Part shown: one piece after another, positions 39,240 to 48,723 of the stretch
Numbering within the stretch: the stretch's first letter is position 1
Layout: every line of letters begins with the position of its first letter
Made by a program: the position numbers and the translations under genes
IMG/VR virus record: IMGVR_UViG_3300025326_000030
Coordinates: 753-64,752 of that record
Direction: 5' to 3' (one strand)
DNA length: 64,000 bases
Source of the DNA: a virus
Lineage: Duplodnaviria > Caudoviricetes
Notes under the pieces: model-generated
What the model was told of the DNA's origin: nothing
The model's input: the letters and a program-made list of their open reading frames with translations, nothing else
The model's database searches: none

Positions 39240-39961
39240 GGAAGCTCTCTCTCAAATTTCACTACGCGCTGATTTTCCCAAATGGAACGATACAGCACAC
39301 GATTCTTTTCAAATGCCCCAACCCCCTTATTGGTGGTTCCGGCATAGGTATGCTGGATGGGCAGACTGGCAACTTGCCAAACCTCATATCCAGCTTGGAT
39401 TGCTACAGCACAGGCATTGTCATCCCCGCTGCCACAATATCCACCTTTATCATACCTTATGTCCATAAAATCTGGGAGGTTAAACACAGGAGACCGGACT
39501 GCCATACAATATCCCGATACGCAATCTACTGCACCCGTAAGGTCTAGCGGCGCTTCATCTTTCCACCAGTCCGGTCTAACAAACCAACCATGTGCGCCTG
39601 TAATTCCTATTTGGGGACTGTCCCCAAAGGGAGCAAGAAGGCGATCCAACCATGAGTCGTCCAGAAAGAGAACGTCACTATCAAGGAATATTATGAAGTC
39701 CATAGCTTTGGCAAAATATATAAGTTCCATTCGTCTGCGATGGGCATTCAGGGTAAACTGATAAAGATGAACATCCATTTTTGCCAATGGGTAAATGAAT
39801 GGCAAGTCTGCCACATGTTCTTCAGTTCCGTCTCCCGATCCGTCATCCATTACGAATGTCGTAATATTCTTGCGCTGCATCGTGGGATAGAGAGAGTGGA
39901 AGCAACGTTTTACCAAATCTAATCGATTGAAGGTCGAGATACATAATCCGATATTTACCAT
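39236..39961 (-). CDS. Glycosyltransferase, GT2 family
   Basis: STFNR, DDGSGDGT, FLDSD; start taken at ATG 39961. Confidence 0.88.
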   Translation of the reverse strand: MVNIGLCISTFNRLDLVKRCFHSLYPTMQRKNITTFVMDDGSGDGTEEHVADLPFIYPLAKMDVHLYQFTLNAHRRRMELIYFAKAMDFIIFLDSDVLFLDDSWLDRLLAPFGDSPQIGITGAHGWFVRPDWWKDEAPLDLTGAVDCVSGYCMAVRSPVFNLPDFMDIRYDKGGYCGSGDDNACAVAIQAGYEVWQVASLPIQHTYAGTTNKGVGAFEKNRVLYRSIWENQRVVKFERELP

Positions 39962-40494
39962 GCTTTTCTCAGCATTCTTAAACCCGCCCACGCGGACCCA
40001 TAACTGTCATTGTTCCCATAGATACTGAGAATACCGCAATCCACAAAACCATCAAGGTTATCGTCAATGGCTCTTTTAATGGCTTCATGGAAAGCATCAT
40101 GGAAAATCAGAACTGCTTTGGGGGTACACAACGGACGACAAGCCTGAATATCGGCGGTCACGCCTGCGCAAGAGTGATCGCCATCAATGAAGAAGAAGTC
40201 AAAGTTAACGCCAAGCGCGGGGATTACTTCACTACTGTTCCCAATATGCAATTCTGCCCATCGTAATCCCTCAATGGTTTTTCTTCCTTCATTTACGGGG
40301 TTAATATCCACACACCATAAATGTCCCTTTCCATTGGCAATCATAGCGGCATGAATAAGTTGAGCAGACCCCCCATAAAAGGAACCAATCTCCAAAAGGT
40401 TGGTAGGACGCAAACCCCGAACCAGTGCATAAAGCATTAGACGTTCTTCCCACAGAAGTTGGGCGGGTGTATTTAGCACATCATTGAGACTCAT
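39955..40494 (-). CDS. Class I SAM methyltransferase (Methyltransf_24-like)
   Basis: LEIGSFYGGS, FIDGDHS, FHD. Confidence 0.88.
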   Translation of the reverse strand: MSLNDVLNTPAQLLWEERLMLYALVRGLRPTNLLEIGSFYGGSAQLIHAAMIANGKGHLWCVDINPVNEGRKTIEGLRWAELHIGNSSEVIPALGVNFDFFFIDGDHSCAGVTADIQACRPLCTPKAVLIFHDAFHEAIKRAIDDNLDGFVDCGILSIYGNNDSYGSAWAGLRMLRKAW

Positions 40495-40766
40495 GGTTCA
40501 GACTCTTTTCCGAGATATAGATATTGAAACCAAGATGCGCCCAAATCGTTTCGGTTGGTGTAACCTGTTAACAACACAACATCCCCATCTTGCAATTCCG
40601 AATCTGCGTTTTCTACTGTTCTTATAGGAATAAACCCATAATCTTCAGTCAAGAACGCATCATACATTAGATCATTATATAAGCAAGTGATTGCTCGAAT
40701 AACGGATCGGCGCAAATTAGGATGTGCCTTGTAGAAATCGTAGACCTCTTTAAGTTTCTCGTTCAT
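40491..40766 (-). CDS. Hypothetical protein
   Basis: Coupled overlaps with both neighbours. Confidence 0.55.
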   Translation of the reverse strand: MNEKLKEVYDFYKAHPNLRRSVIRAITCLYNDLMYDAFLTEDYGFIPIRTVENADSELQDGDVVLLTGYTNRNDLGASWFQYLYLGKESEP

Positions 40767-40999
40767 TCTTGCAACTCCGCCAACTTATTTTTTAGATAGT
40801 TTATGTACTTTTCCATTTTGACCTTATCTTCTCGCATAGCATCTTGCTTCAACGCTTCTTGTATCACTATTTTCGTAGCCTCTTCTTTTCTCTGAACGCT
40901 ATAGGCGTAAGCCTCCGTACTTCTTATGAACAGAAGGTTGTAATGTTCAAGTTGACCACGAATGATAAGTTCCGCAATTGCCTTGTTATCAACTTCCAT
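40763..40999 (-). CDS. Hypothetical coiled-coil protein, paralogue of the adjacent gene
   Basis: MEVDNK...IIRGQ versus METDNK...LIRGR. Confidence 0.55.
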   Translation of the reverse strand: MEVDNKAIAELIIRGQLEHYNLLFIRSTEAYAYSVQRKEEATKIVIQEALKQDAMREDKVKMEKYINYLKNKLAELQE

Positions 41000-41231
41000 T
41001 TTCAGCTTCCCCCAGAGCGGCTTTCATTGCTTTTATTACTCCTTCAAGTACGGCATTTTCTTTTTCAAGGGATTCTTGTTTCTCGCGCTCACGAACTAGA
41101 AACTCAATGGCATCTTTTTCTAATCGTCGGCTCCGATCAAGTTCGTACCTATTCCTCATAAGCATAATGCCGTAATCATCAATACGACCACGAATCAGGA
41201 ATTCCAGAACCGTCTTGTTATCGGTTTCCAT
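40989..41231 (-). CDS. Hypothetical coiled-coil protein
   Basis: Start taken at METDNK (41231); paralogous to 40763-40999. Confidence 0.55.
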   Translation of the reverse strand: METDNKTVLEFLIRGRIDDYGIMLMRNRYELDRSRRLEKDAIEFLVREREKQESLEKENAVLEGVIKAMKAALGEAENGS

Positions 41232-41604
41232 TTTCAGCTTCCTTATACTTGATAAATTGTTCACAAAGGAACAGTGCGGCGTCTTCTCTTCTCAACCCAT
41301 AAAGATGAACCATGTCCTTAGTGGTTAATCGGTCGTTCTGTAGATACCACAAGAGTTCCCATGCAGCATCTAGGCTCTGGGTATAATGAGGCAATAATCT
41401 ATATTCTTTCCCATTATCAGTAACGTAAACATCCACTGTATATTCCCAACTATGAACCGGAAAGCTAACTTTCAATCCAGATAATTCTGCAACTCTTATA
41501 TCAATTTTTCTTTCCTGTCTAAGAAGTTCGATCTCTTTTTCTTCTGCCTCTTTGGTATAAATTTTCTGTCTCATTTCAGCCTCAACATTCTCAGACCACC
41601 CCAA
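41218..41604 (-). CDS. Hypothetical protein, phage ABA-sandwich-like
   Basis: IDIRVAE...PHYTQSLDAAW...A.FLC pattern. Confidence 0.5.
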   Translation of the reverse strand: MGWSENVEAEMRQKIYTKEAEEKEIELLRQERKIDIRVAELSGLKVSFPVHSWEYTVDVYVTDNGKEYRLLPHYTQSLDAAWELLWYLQNDRLTTKDMVHLYGLRREDAALFLCEQFIKYKEAENGNR

Positions 41605-42128
41605 GTGGTATTGGTATTCTTATCTACGGGTGCATGAACTGTCAAGATTCCGCAATCTACCCCGAAGTAGTGCAATGAATCACTAATGGCACGCTTAACT
41701 TCTGGATTATGAGCATCATGGAAGAGCAGCACTGCCCCCAGTTCTGACATTGAAAGCGCACACTCAATATCTTGCTTCACCCCTCGATAGGAATGGTCGC
41801 CATCAATGAACACGAAGTCAAATAGAATATTAGCCTCAGTATCTCGTCGGCTTGCATACAAGTCCCAGCTACTACCCTTAATCAGGGCAACATCGGGTAA
41901 GGCGTCGACAAAAACTTCCAATTCTGGCTGCGGGTTAATATCTACGCAATGCAGATTCCCGCAACCATTAGCAAGCATAGCTTGATGTATGATTCTGGCA
42001 GACCCGCCAAAGGCAGAACCAATTTCAAGGATATTTGTTGGTCGCAGTCCTCGAACCAATGCGTAGAGCATAATCTTCTCATCGGGTTCAAGTAAGGCGC
42101 GAATGTCTAAAATTTTATTTATATCCAT
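41571..42128 (-). CDS. Class I SAM methyltransferase (Methyltransf_24-like), paralogue of 39955-40494
   Basis: MLYALVRGLRPTN.LEIGS shared; FIDGDHS; FHD. Confidence 0.88.
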   Translation of the reverse strand: MDINKILDIRALLEPDEKIMLYALVRGLRPTNILEIGSAFGGSARIIHQAMLANGCGNLHCVDINPQPELEVFVDALPDVALIKGSSWDLYASRRDTEANILFDFVFIDGDHSYRGVKQDIECALSMSELGAVLLFHDAHNPEVKRAISDSLHYFGVDCGILTVHAPVDKNTNTTWGGLRMLRLK

Positions 42129-42517
42129 TTTGCCAAATCCTCTTTAATCCTCGCTAGAGTTTCACCCGCCAGGCACTTTGTTTTAAGCCACTCAATAGCA
42201 TCCTCAGATGTCCAAAAGCTATGCTCAACTGCTACCTTAAGAGCATCAAACAGTTCTTCGGTCTCTTCATTGGTAAGGCGCATAATCAATTTAATTTCGC
42301 CTTTGGTTTGTTCCCATCTGGAATAAATGGGATGACTAAAGACAAAAACAGGAATGGCGAATGCGCTAGTAATTAGTTCAGTAACCTTCTTTTCAAATTC
42401 ATTTCTGTCGAAACCTTCTGGTGGTTCCGGAAGTCCTATCTCCAAGAGAATGTCATTCATAGCGGCTTTTTCTACTATTGGTATAGTAATTGTTGAGAAA
42501 ACCCCATGACCAAACAA
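42119..42517 (-). CDS. Hypothetical protein
   Basis: ORF in tightly packed operon; true start may be downstream at MNDIL. Confidence 0.5.
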   Translation of the reverse strand: MFGHGVFSTITIPIVEKAAMNDILLEIGLPEPPEGFDRNEFEKKVTELITSAFAIPVFVFSHPIYSRWEQTKGEIKLIMRLTNEETEELFDALKVAVEHSFWTSEDAIEWLKTKCLAGETLARIKEDLAKWI

Positions 42518-42638
42518 CTATCAATGCCCACCAAGGGCGATCTGATGCTACCAAAAACGCTGGTATGCCATAAGCAATTGCGAGATTGAAGACCAATACT
42601 GACACAATTATCATTATTGCTTGTGTTTTATCTATCAT
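42453..42638 (-). CDS. Small membrane protein
   Basis: Two hydrophobic segments. Confidence 0.5.
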   Translation of the reverse strand: MIDKTQAIMIIVSVLVFNLAIAYGIPAFLVASDRPWWALIVVWSWGFLNNYYTNSRKSRYE

Positions 42639-42832
42639 AACCCCATAAATCCTTCCGACTTAACTTCAAACAAGATATTTTGCAACACTGATTTTTTCAT
42701 CTCTCTATTAAGTGGACAAAGCATCCTATGAGTATAGCGCAACCACAGGGGAAGTTGCCCACGCTTCTGAATGTCTGCCAGTAAATACCACCGATGAATT
42801 GCCGCGAGCAATTCTGGGGTGAATGCCATCAT
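42635..42832 (-). CDS. Hypothetical protein
   Basis: ATGA coupling at both ends. Confidence 0.5.
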   Translation of the reverse strand: MMAFTPELLAAIHRWYLLADIQKRGQLPLWLRYTHRMLCPLNREMKKSVLQNILFEVKSEGFMGL

Positions 42833-43131
42833 TTATCTTCTCCGTTCATAATGGAGTTAACGACATCCTTAGCAATCTCTTGGGCAAGACTTTGCAATGC
42901 TGATACTGCTGCTAGTATTGCCCTTATCTGATTTTCTCGGTTGTTGGAATCATATCCATCTGGTACGCCATACATCTTAATGAAATTCTTCAAGAATAAC
43001 TTACCCTTAGCAGTCATTTCTATAGGTCTTTCCCCTTTGGAAAAGATAATATATCCGAGAGCGTATGCCTGTAAGAGTAATTCTACTTGTCGTTTCTTAT
43101 TCATCATACCAACTCCAACAAAACCAAGCAC
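42829..43131 (-). CDS. Hypothetical protein
   Basis: Packed operon ORF. Confidence 0.5.
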   Translation of the reverse strand: MLGFVGVGMMNKKRQVELLLQAYALGYIIFSKGERPIEMTAKGKLFLKNFIKMYGVPDGYDSNNRENQIRAILAAVSALQSLAQEIAKDVVNSIMNGEDK

Positions 43132-43391
43132 AATTCCTGCATTTCTTTGAGGGTTAAGTCTGTTCGTATAGCGCCAATTCCACCACGATAAACCAGGAGT
43201 TTAGCTTTTTGTTCGGTGCTGTATTTAGAGATTTCAATATATCCAGTTCCTTCTGTATCGCGTCGATAATAAAGGCTTCCATCAGGGACATATCCACTAC
43301 CATGACAAAACCCGCAAAAAGATATGGGTTCTCCTTCCTCTGGGTGACATTTAGGACACTGCATTTTTCCTAATCCATTCCTCTCCATCAA
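43104..43391 (-). CDS. Hypothetical protein with DnaJ-type zinc finger
   Basis: CPKC...CGFCHGSG. Confidence 0.55.
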   Translation of the reverse strand: MMERNGLGKMQCPKCHPEEGEPISFCGFCHGSGYVPDGSLYYRRDTEGTGYIEISKYSTEQKAKLLVYRGGIGAIRTDLTLKEMQELCLVLLELV

Positions 43392-43623
43392 TAAAGATAC
43401 TTAACAACCATTCGTACTCATGCAAAGATTCATCTAATTCCCATACACAGATAGCATCCTCTGGTTCAATCCCTGAAATTTCGAGCGCGTAACTACGAGC
43501 AACCTCAAGGTCCAAAAAGGCTTCACTCCAAGAAGCACCCATCACAATATCATCAACTAAATACGCTGTGCGACCATGCTTCTGGATTGCCGCCTCTGTC
43601 TGAAATTCCTTTGCGGTTAACAT
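43351..43623 (-). CDS. Hypothetical protein
   Basis: TAATG coupling with upstream gene. Confidence 0.55.
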   Translation of the reverse strand: MLTAKEFQTEAAIQKHGRTAYLVDDIVMGASWSEAFLDLEVARSYALEISGIEPEDAICVWELDESLHEYEWLLSIFIDGEEWIRKNAVS

Positions 43624-44423
43624 TAGAACATCTTCTCCTGTTTAGTTTCTCTTAATTCTTGCGGGTATTCTTCGCGCCAGTGGGCGAGGACAGTCCCCAG
43701 AGAGGGCTTCAGATTACCCTTGAAAAAAACTTTGGTCTTATGCCCATCTAGCACGGATAATACATTTCGAAGGTGTTGTGGATCAGGTTGGTAATATGTA
43801 TTTCCCCGACTGGCAGCACCAACCACTGCCCATTGGATACAATCAGATGCTTTGCGGTTTAGGACGATACTCATATCCCATGAAAATGGTTCAATAGAGA
43901 GCCAGCGGACCGCTACGGGCAATTTCGCCAAAATGTCCAAGATATAATCCAGAAATTTCTCTTGTTTGTGCAAGGTTAATTTTTTACCATTAATCTCGCT
44001 TGGGGGTACTGATGCGCCAAGCCACACATTTGGCGGAAACTTGAAATCTCTATATCTTAAAGGGTTTTTGGTCAAGAAAAGAAAAGTGTGCCAATGAGCG
44101 CGTTCGCACATATCTAAGATTTGCTGAATTTGCCATTCGGGCACCCACCAACCAAATACATCAGCCATTGAACCATTAAAGATACGAGCAGGCTCCTTAA
44201 CCTTTAAAGGTTCTTCTATCCGATTAGGATGCCAGTAATGATGAGCAAACCCCTGTGGGTAAAAAGGAGAAGCCACGCCTTCTGCAATATCTTCTGCATA
44301 ACAATTGGCAGACTGACCATCAGGCATAGTCCAATGACAATCATGCTGACAACCTGCCACAATGTTATGCGTATAATGAACGTATTCAATTCCACGTCCC
44401 TTATTGGTCTGTTGTTTCTGCAT
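43623..44423 (-). CDS. DUF5131 / phage Gp37-Gp68 family radical-SAM-like protein
   Basis: IEY...N..AGC..DC...NCYA, IF.GSMAD.FG, HTFLFLTKNP, NVWLG, WLSIEP, W.VVGA. Confidence 0.85.
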   Translation of the reverse strand: MQKQQTNKGRGIEYVHYTHNIVAGCQHDCHWTMPDGQSANCYAEDIAEGVASPFYPQGFAHHYWHPNRIEEPLKVKEPARIFNGSMADVFGWWVPEWQIQQILDMCERAHWHTFLFLTKNPLRYRDFKFPPNVWLGASVPPSEINGKKLTLHKQEKFLDYILDILAKLPVAVRWLSIEPFSWDMSIVLNRKASDCIQWAVVGAASRGNTYYQPDPQHLRNVLSVLDGHKTKVFFKGNLKPSLGTVLAHWREEYPQELRETKQEKMF

Positions 44424-44730
44424 CTTTCCCCCCTGATTCATTACCCTCAGTATCCTTTTCCGCAAAGGCTTGTAACGGATCGACTTTCTTAATGGTTTCT
44501 TCTGGGTAGAAGATCACACCATCAAAACAAATCGCTATCATGCGTTTATCTTCTTTAGCGGGGGGGTGCCAAATAGTGCTTTCCTCAATAAGAAGACAAA
44601 CACCATTGGGATCATAGCGAATCTTTTCTACTGCCTTCAGAACCATAATGCGTTCTGCTTCCGTGTTGTCTGTTACATCAGCTAGAATACAAGGGTCTTC
44701 GCCAACAAATTCGATACTAACTCTGCTCAT
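44401..44730 (-). CDS. Hypothetical protein
   Basis: Packed operon ORF. Confidence 0.5.
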   Translation of the reverse strand: MSRVSIEFVGEDPCILADVTDNTEAERIMVLKAVEKIRYDPNGVCLLIEESTIWHPPAKEDKRMIAICFDGVIFYPEETIKKVDPLQAFAEKDTEGNESGGKDAETTDQ

Positions 44731-45776
44731 TTTCTTTCTCCATGAACCACTAAGCGTTTATAATCCGCCGAACGATAACTCTTTAGAATTTCAAAGTGCT
44801 TCTCTACCCATTGCATTCCTTCCTCTTGCTCAGAAGCGTGAAACTCACAGATAATTCGCTTCTGAGCAACTCGCCTTACCCATTGGGGAAGACCAATGTG
44901 ATGCGATACGTTCAGGAATAATACGAGATCATATTGCTCAAAGGGTCCAGCTTGGTACTGGTTCAAATCTTCTGCTTGATAATCCACGTTCCACGCACCA
45001 GTAAAAATAGAGTATTCTCTAGCTGCCTCAATAGTCTTGGCGTGGTCAATTCCCAAACCGCGCCCAAAGTAATTAAGGAACATACCACCAGAACACCCCA
45101 CATCTAAGATGCGTTCTGGCACAAATCCAAGATTATCCAATCCCAAGTCACTGATGCGCGTCCGTGTATCCCGACAGGTATCTACTTCCCCCACATCCTC
45201 TAAGGGGTATTGATAGGGGCGATCTCCAAATTTGGTGCTTGCCCAAAAGCGGTTCATCATGCGCCATTCATAGTCTGGCGCAAGCCTAAACCCCTGAAAA
45301 TCAACCCACTTACCACCAACAAAGTTGACTACACTGTTATCAAAGCCAGGATAAGTAAATCCAAGCAAGTCTCCCAACTGCATGATTTGGTCGTAGACTG
45401 TCTTCGCACTATCAACAGAAGCAGACCAATCGGATTCTCCGGCGTCTTCAACTACTTGCACCGGACGCCTCATGCCGTAGTGGTCAGTCCATGTTTCAAG
45501 TCCATACACTCGTGGCGCAAGTCCGCGCATCGCGCAAAGATTTTGTACCACAAGGGTTTCTCTTAAGGGTGAATACTGGGCTTCTGGCAAATAGAAGGTT
45601 CCCCATAGGTATTCTTCCATAGTTTCATCTGGTCTTAGGGGTCGATGATGAATCTTGAGTGCGATATTCTTTCGGTTATATTTCTGACTAACCTTTTCTA
45701 CGCCTTCTCCTCGGTACATAAAAGCCCATGTGCCAACTTGTAAGGGAAGCGTAATGACATCATTCAGTCTTAGCAT
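44727..45776 (-). CDS. Kinase-like domain fused to class I methyltransferase
   Basis: N-terminal ALK...E...GLAPRVY...D....N....VDF kinase-like motifs; C-terminal ILDVGCSGG, YDLVLFL. Confidence 0.65.
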   Translation of the reverse strand: MLRLNDVITLPLQVGTWAFMYRGEGVEKVSQKYNRKNIALKIHHRPLRPDETMEEYLWGTFYLPEAQYSPLRETLVVQNLCAMRGLAPRVYGLETWTDHYGMRRPVQVVEDAGESDWSASVDSAKTVYDQIMQLGDLLGFTYPGFDNSVVNFVGGKWVDFQGFRLAPDYEWRMMNRFWASTKFGDRPYQYPLEDVGEVDTCRDTRTRISDLGLDNLGFVPERILDVGCSGGMFLNYFGRGLGIDHAKTIEAAREYSIFTGAWNVDYQAEDLNQYQAGPFEQYDLVLFLNVSHHIGLPQWVRRVAQKRIICEFHASEQEEGMQWVEKHFEILKSYRSADYKRLVVHGERK

Positions 45777-46782
45777 TAGTTGGCTCCGTATTATCTGGGA
45801 TTAAGAATTGCCAGTTCACAATAGTGGTGGCATAAGACCCATGTTCTACCCGAAAGAATGTGCCACGAGTCATCAGGAAATTAGCTACACCGATGCTTCC
45901 TGAATATTCGTAGTAACCCCGAAGGAGTTCGGCATAGACTTCCAGATTTCCCTTGAGGTATTCTCCCGTCTTGTACCCAGTGGGGGCAAGTACACTGGCT
46001 TGTTTCTGGGGAACGCTGATTGCATTGGTAGCATGGTTAGATGGATCGGGCTTTTCCTCAAGATAATCATAGGCAACTTGCCATGCTATTTCATAGATTT
46101 GATTGTAACTTTCGGTGCTGATAAGGGCTGTGTGCTGACTGTTGATTGCCCATTTGTCTGTACCGCCAAGCCAACTTGCAACAGATTCCCACTTTGCATT
46201 GAGTACGGCGAAATAGAGGTCATCACCTCCAACCTGATAAACGTGTCTGGTGGTTGCCAAAGCGTTAAACACGACCCAAGAGAGCATTGCACTAAAGCCA
46301 TCTCCAAATTCTCCTTCACTCGACTCATGGTAAACCACCAAAGCAACAAGTCTCACCTCTTTTTCGGAAAGAGACAGTAAGCGACTGGGAGTTTTGAGGA
46401 CAGTCCTATTGTATTGGTCTATGCCTCTCCCATATTCAAACCCCGAAGCCGCTTCGCGCAAGACCAACAGCTTCACTTGCTCTGGGGTGAGGTCATCCAC
46501 ATCTCTCAAGGCGCGATTTCCGAAAGCCATCGCACATTGATAGGGGAAATACAGCTTGGGCATAACCATTGTTTCCTGTTCCCACTCCTGGTTCGATTCC
46601 CCTGCGGTATCTTCTGCCAACTTAATCTCATCTCCCATTTGCAAGGAAAGATAATATTGCTGCCAGTATTCGTAGGGGTTATACGAAAATTGTGGAACAG
46701 ATTCAATCTTGCACCAATCACCATTAATGGTCATGTTCTGCGGTCCAACTAGTAAAGATAGGATAAGCATCCATTTCAGCAA
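45760..46782 (-). CDS. Secreted protein with SleB/Hydrolase_2-like region
   Basis: Signal-like N-terminus; VALVVYHESSEGE and DPSNHATN resemble cell-wall hydrolase motifs. Confidence 0.4.
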   Translation of the reverse strand: MLKWMLILSLLVGPQNMTINGDWCKIESVPQFSYNPYEYWQQYYLSLQMGDEIKLAEDTAGESNQEWEQETMVMPKLYFPYQCAMAFGNRALRDVDDLTPEQVKLLVLREAASGFEYGRGIDQYNRTVLKTPSRLLSLSEKEVRLVALVVYHESSEGEFGDGFSAMLSWVVFNALATTRHVYQVGGDDLYFAVLNAKWESVASWLGGTDKWAINSQHTALISTESYNQIYEIAWQVAYDYLEEKPDPSNHATNAISVPQKQASVLAPTGYKTGEYLKGNLEVYAELLRGYYEYSGSIGVANFLMTRGTFFRVEHGSYATTIVNWQFLIPDNTEPTNAKTE

Positions 46783-47310
46783 CTACAATTCCTTCGGAAT
46801 CGTCACCTTGGTTTTGGGGACGGTCTTCACTTCAAGATTCGCTTGTATTTCAGGAGCAAGTCTGGATAGAATATCCTTGACTTCCTTCTCGTCCAACTTC
46901 ACACATGCCCACAGGTTTTGTTCCAAGAGATACGCAATTAGCCTGGGGGTATTGTATGAATACTCCAACTCGATATAAACCTCTAGGGGCGCGGGAACTT
47001 CTTCGCCATTCTCGTGGGCTTTGGCTGCCAGAGAGCGAACATTGCGCTCTTCTGACGTTACGAGTTTCGTAATAAAATCCTTTTCTGCTTCCAACTTTTT
47101 GAGTTGGGGAATTTCTTCATAAATATCATGAATTTCCTGATTCACAATCATTTTGTGGGTACGCGCATAGCGTAAAGAGACCAAGGCACCCTCAAGCGGA
47201 TCGGCTGCCACCAAGCCAATTTGGGCTTTGACAATTTCGCCATCGGGGGTGAAATATTTCCCATCTTGTTCGAGCAGATATTCATTATCTTCTGTTTTAT
47301 AGACTCTCAT
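46783..47310 (-). CDS. Hypothetical protein
   Basis: Start at MRVYK after GAGGAG. Confidence 0.55.
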   Translation of the reverse strand: MRVYKTEDNEYLLEQDGKYFTPDGEIVKAQIGLVAADPLEGALVSLRYARTHKMIVNQEIHDIYEEIPQLKKLEAEKDFITKLVTSEERNVRSLAAKAHENGEEVPAPLEVYIELEYSYNTPRLIAYLLEQNLWACVKLDEKEVKDILSRLAPEIQANLEVKTVPKTKVTIPKEL

Positions 47311-47728
47311 TTTTACTCTCCTCTTGATAATCCCTAAACAACAGCCACGCCTCGCACAAGGCGCGGGCAGCATTAGAGTTGTTGGTATATCCTATTGTGT
47401 ATTCATTTCCACTTTTCGTTTTGTAAATAAACGCCTCTGTGTCATGTCCTTCCCGCTGTTCAAGTCGGTGCTTACAACCAATAGCAAGTGGCAAACTCCA
47501 TGCCATATCCAATTCCTGCGTATGATTGCCTTGTACATCATAATGGCGATACCAAAAATCATCTGGCTTAGGTATTCCCTCAATTGGCTCCCGCCACCTA
47601 TCTTTACCTTCTGGATTAACTAGAAACCAGTTATACGCATCGGTACGAAGCGTCCAGCCCAAGCGCGTCAATACCTCGCGCTCAAGTTCCCAATCTTCTA
47701 ATTGACTATATTTATTGGCTATTACCAT
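47297..47728 (-). CDS. Hypothetical protein, phage ABA-sandwich-like
   Basis: LEDWELEREVL..LGW...AARALCEAWL. Confidence 0.6.
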   Translation of the reverse strand: MVIANKYSQLEDWELEREVLTRLGWTLRTDAYNWFLVNPEGKDRWREPIEGIPKPDDFWYRHYDVQGNHTQELDMAWSLPLAIGCKHRLEQREGHDTEAFIYKTKSGNEYTIGYTNNSNAARALCEAWLLFRDYQEESKNESL

Positions 47729-47740
47729 TTTCCCTCTCCT

Positions 47741-47977
47741 CTAACTTGGGCAAGCCTGATGAAAACCAACAGAAGTATCGGTAATGCCTTCTCCATCGCG
47801 GTTTATTTCAATACGCTGAGTCATGTAATTACAAACCCATGTTTGATGGTCCTGTGTTGCTTCTATCCTCTGGATCAGGATAAAGAACATGAGACCGATG
47901 AACACCAACAGGAAACACATCATGAGATACATCTCTGATGGTTCACGCGAATGAAGGATTACTGGTTCGTTTTCCAT
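47741..47977 (-). CDS. Small membrane protein
   Basis: One hydrophobic helix. Confidence 0.45.
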   Translation of the reverse strand: MENEPVILHSREPSEMYLMMCFLLVFIGLMFFILIQRIEATQDHQTWVCNYMTQRIEINRDGEGITDTSVGFHQACPS

Positions 47978-48315
47978 TAGTTCACATTCTTTTCTCTAGC
48001 ATAGATATTGGCTAACATTAAAAGCTCAAGAGAAACCACAAAGAAAATCCTCGTGTTCTGTGAGCGCAGTGCTTGTTGAAGCGCATAGCAATCCAATTTC
48101 TTAAGGCATTGATGCGCCGCTTCGTGAGGGGTCCTATAGGCATACTCCTCAATAGACAATAGGAAACTGAGATCAACATTTTTATCACCTTCATATCCAG
48201 TTTCTACTGAATAGAGACCCCTATCGTCTTCTGTCACCTCAAAGTGAATGGCTATCACGCTTTGGCTCATACTGCTGGTCAGGATGCTCCTCATTGTAAA
48301 TATCAATAACCACAA
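47977..48315 (-). CDS. Hypothetical protein
   Basis: Packed operon ORF; start uncertain. Confidence 0.45.
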   Translation of the reverse strand: MWLLIFTMRSILTSSMSQSVIAIHFEVTEDDRGLYSVETGYEGDKNVDLSFLLSIEEYAYRTPHEAAHQCLKKLDCYALQQALRSQNTRIFFVVSLELLMLANIYAREKNVN

Positions 48316-48508
48316 GGTGCAAGAGATATTTCTCCGGTAGGCTCAACTTTAAGAACGAATAAAGAATAGCTATCGGTTCTCCCTCACGGTTGATTCGAAT
48401 TTCATCCGGCGCATCCAATGGAACGTCAACCGCCGTAATGCTTGCGCTGTCTTCTACGCCCTCTGATTCAAGGTAGTTTTCATTTTCGTAAACGTAGTAA
48501 GTGGTCAT
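48239..48508 (-). CDS. Hypothetical protein
   Basis: ATGA coupling. Confidence 0.5.
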   Translation of the reverse strand: MTTYYVYENENYLESEGVEDSASITAVDVPLDAPDEIRINREGEPIAILYSFLKLSLPEKYLLHLVVIDIYNEEHPDQQYEPKRDSHSL

Positions 48509-48723
48509 GACTTAAACTTCCCTTCGGTTAGGATAACGAAGTTAACCCAGACCACTATGAGAGTGAAGATAATATTGATAACCACAATCACGGCAGTCAA
48601 AAAGGCGAAGCGACCTAGCGAAAGCCTATTGGTGATGTAGTAAATCAAAACTATTACTTCTACAAGCCACGCGGGAATAGATACCGCAATGGCTTCCAAC
48701 AAGGATAAGGTTCGTTCGGTCAT
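48505..48723 (-). CDS. Small membrane protein
   Basis: Two transmembrane-like segments. Confidence 0.5.
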   Translation of the reverse strand: MTERTLSLLEAIAVSIPAWLVEVIVLIYYITNRLSLGRFAFLTAVIVVINIIFTLIVVWVNFVILTEGKFKS

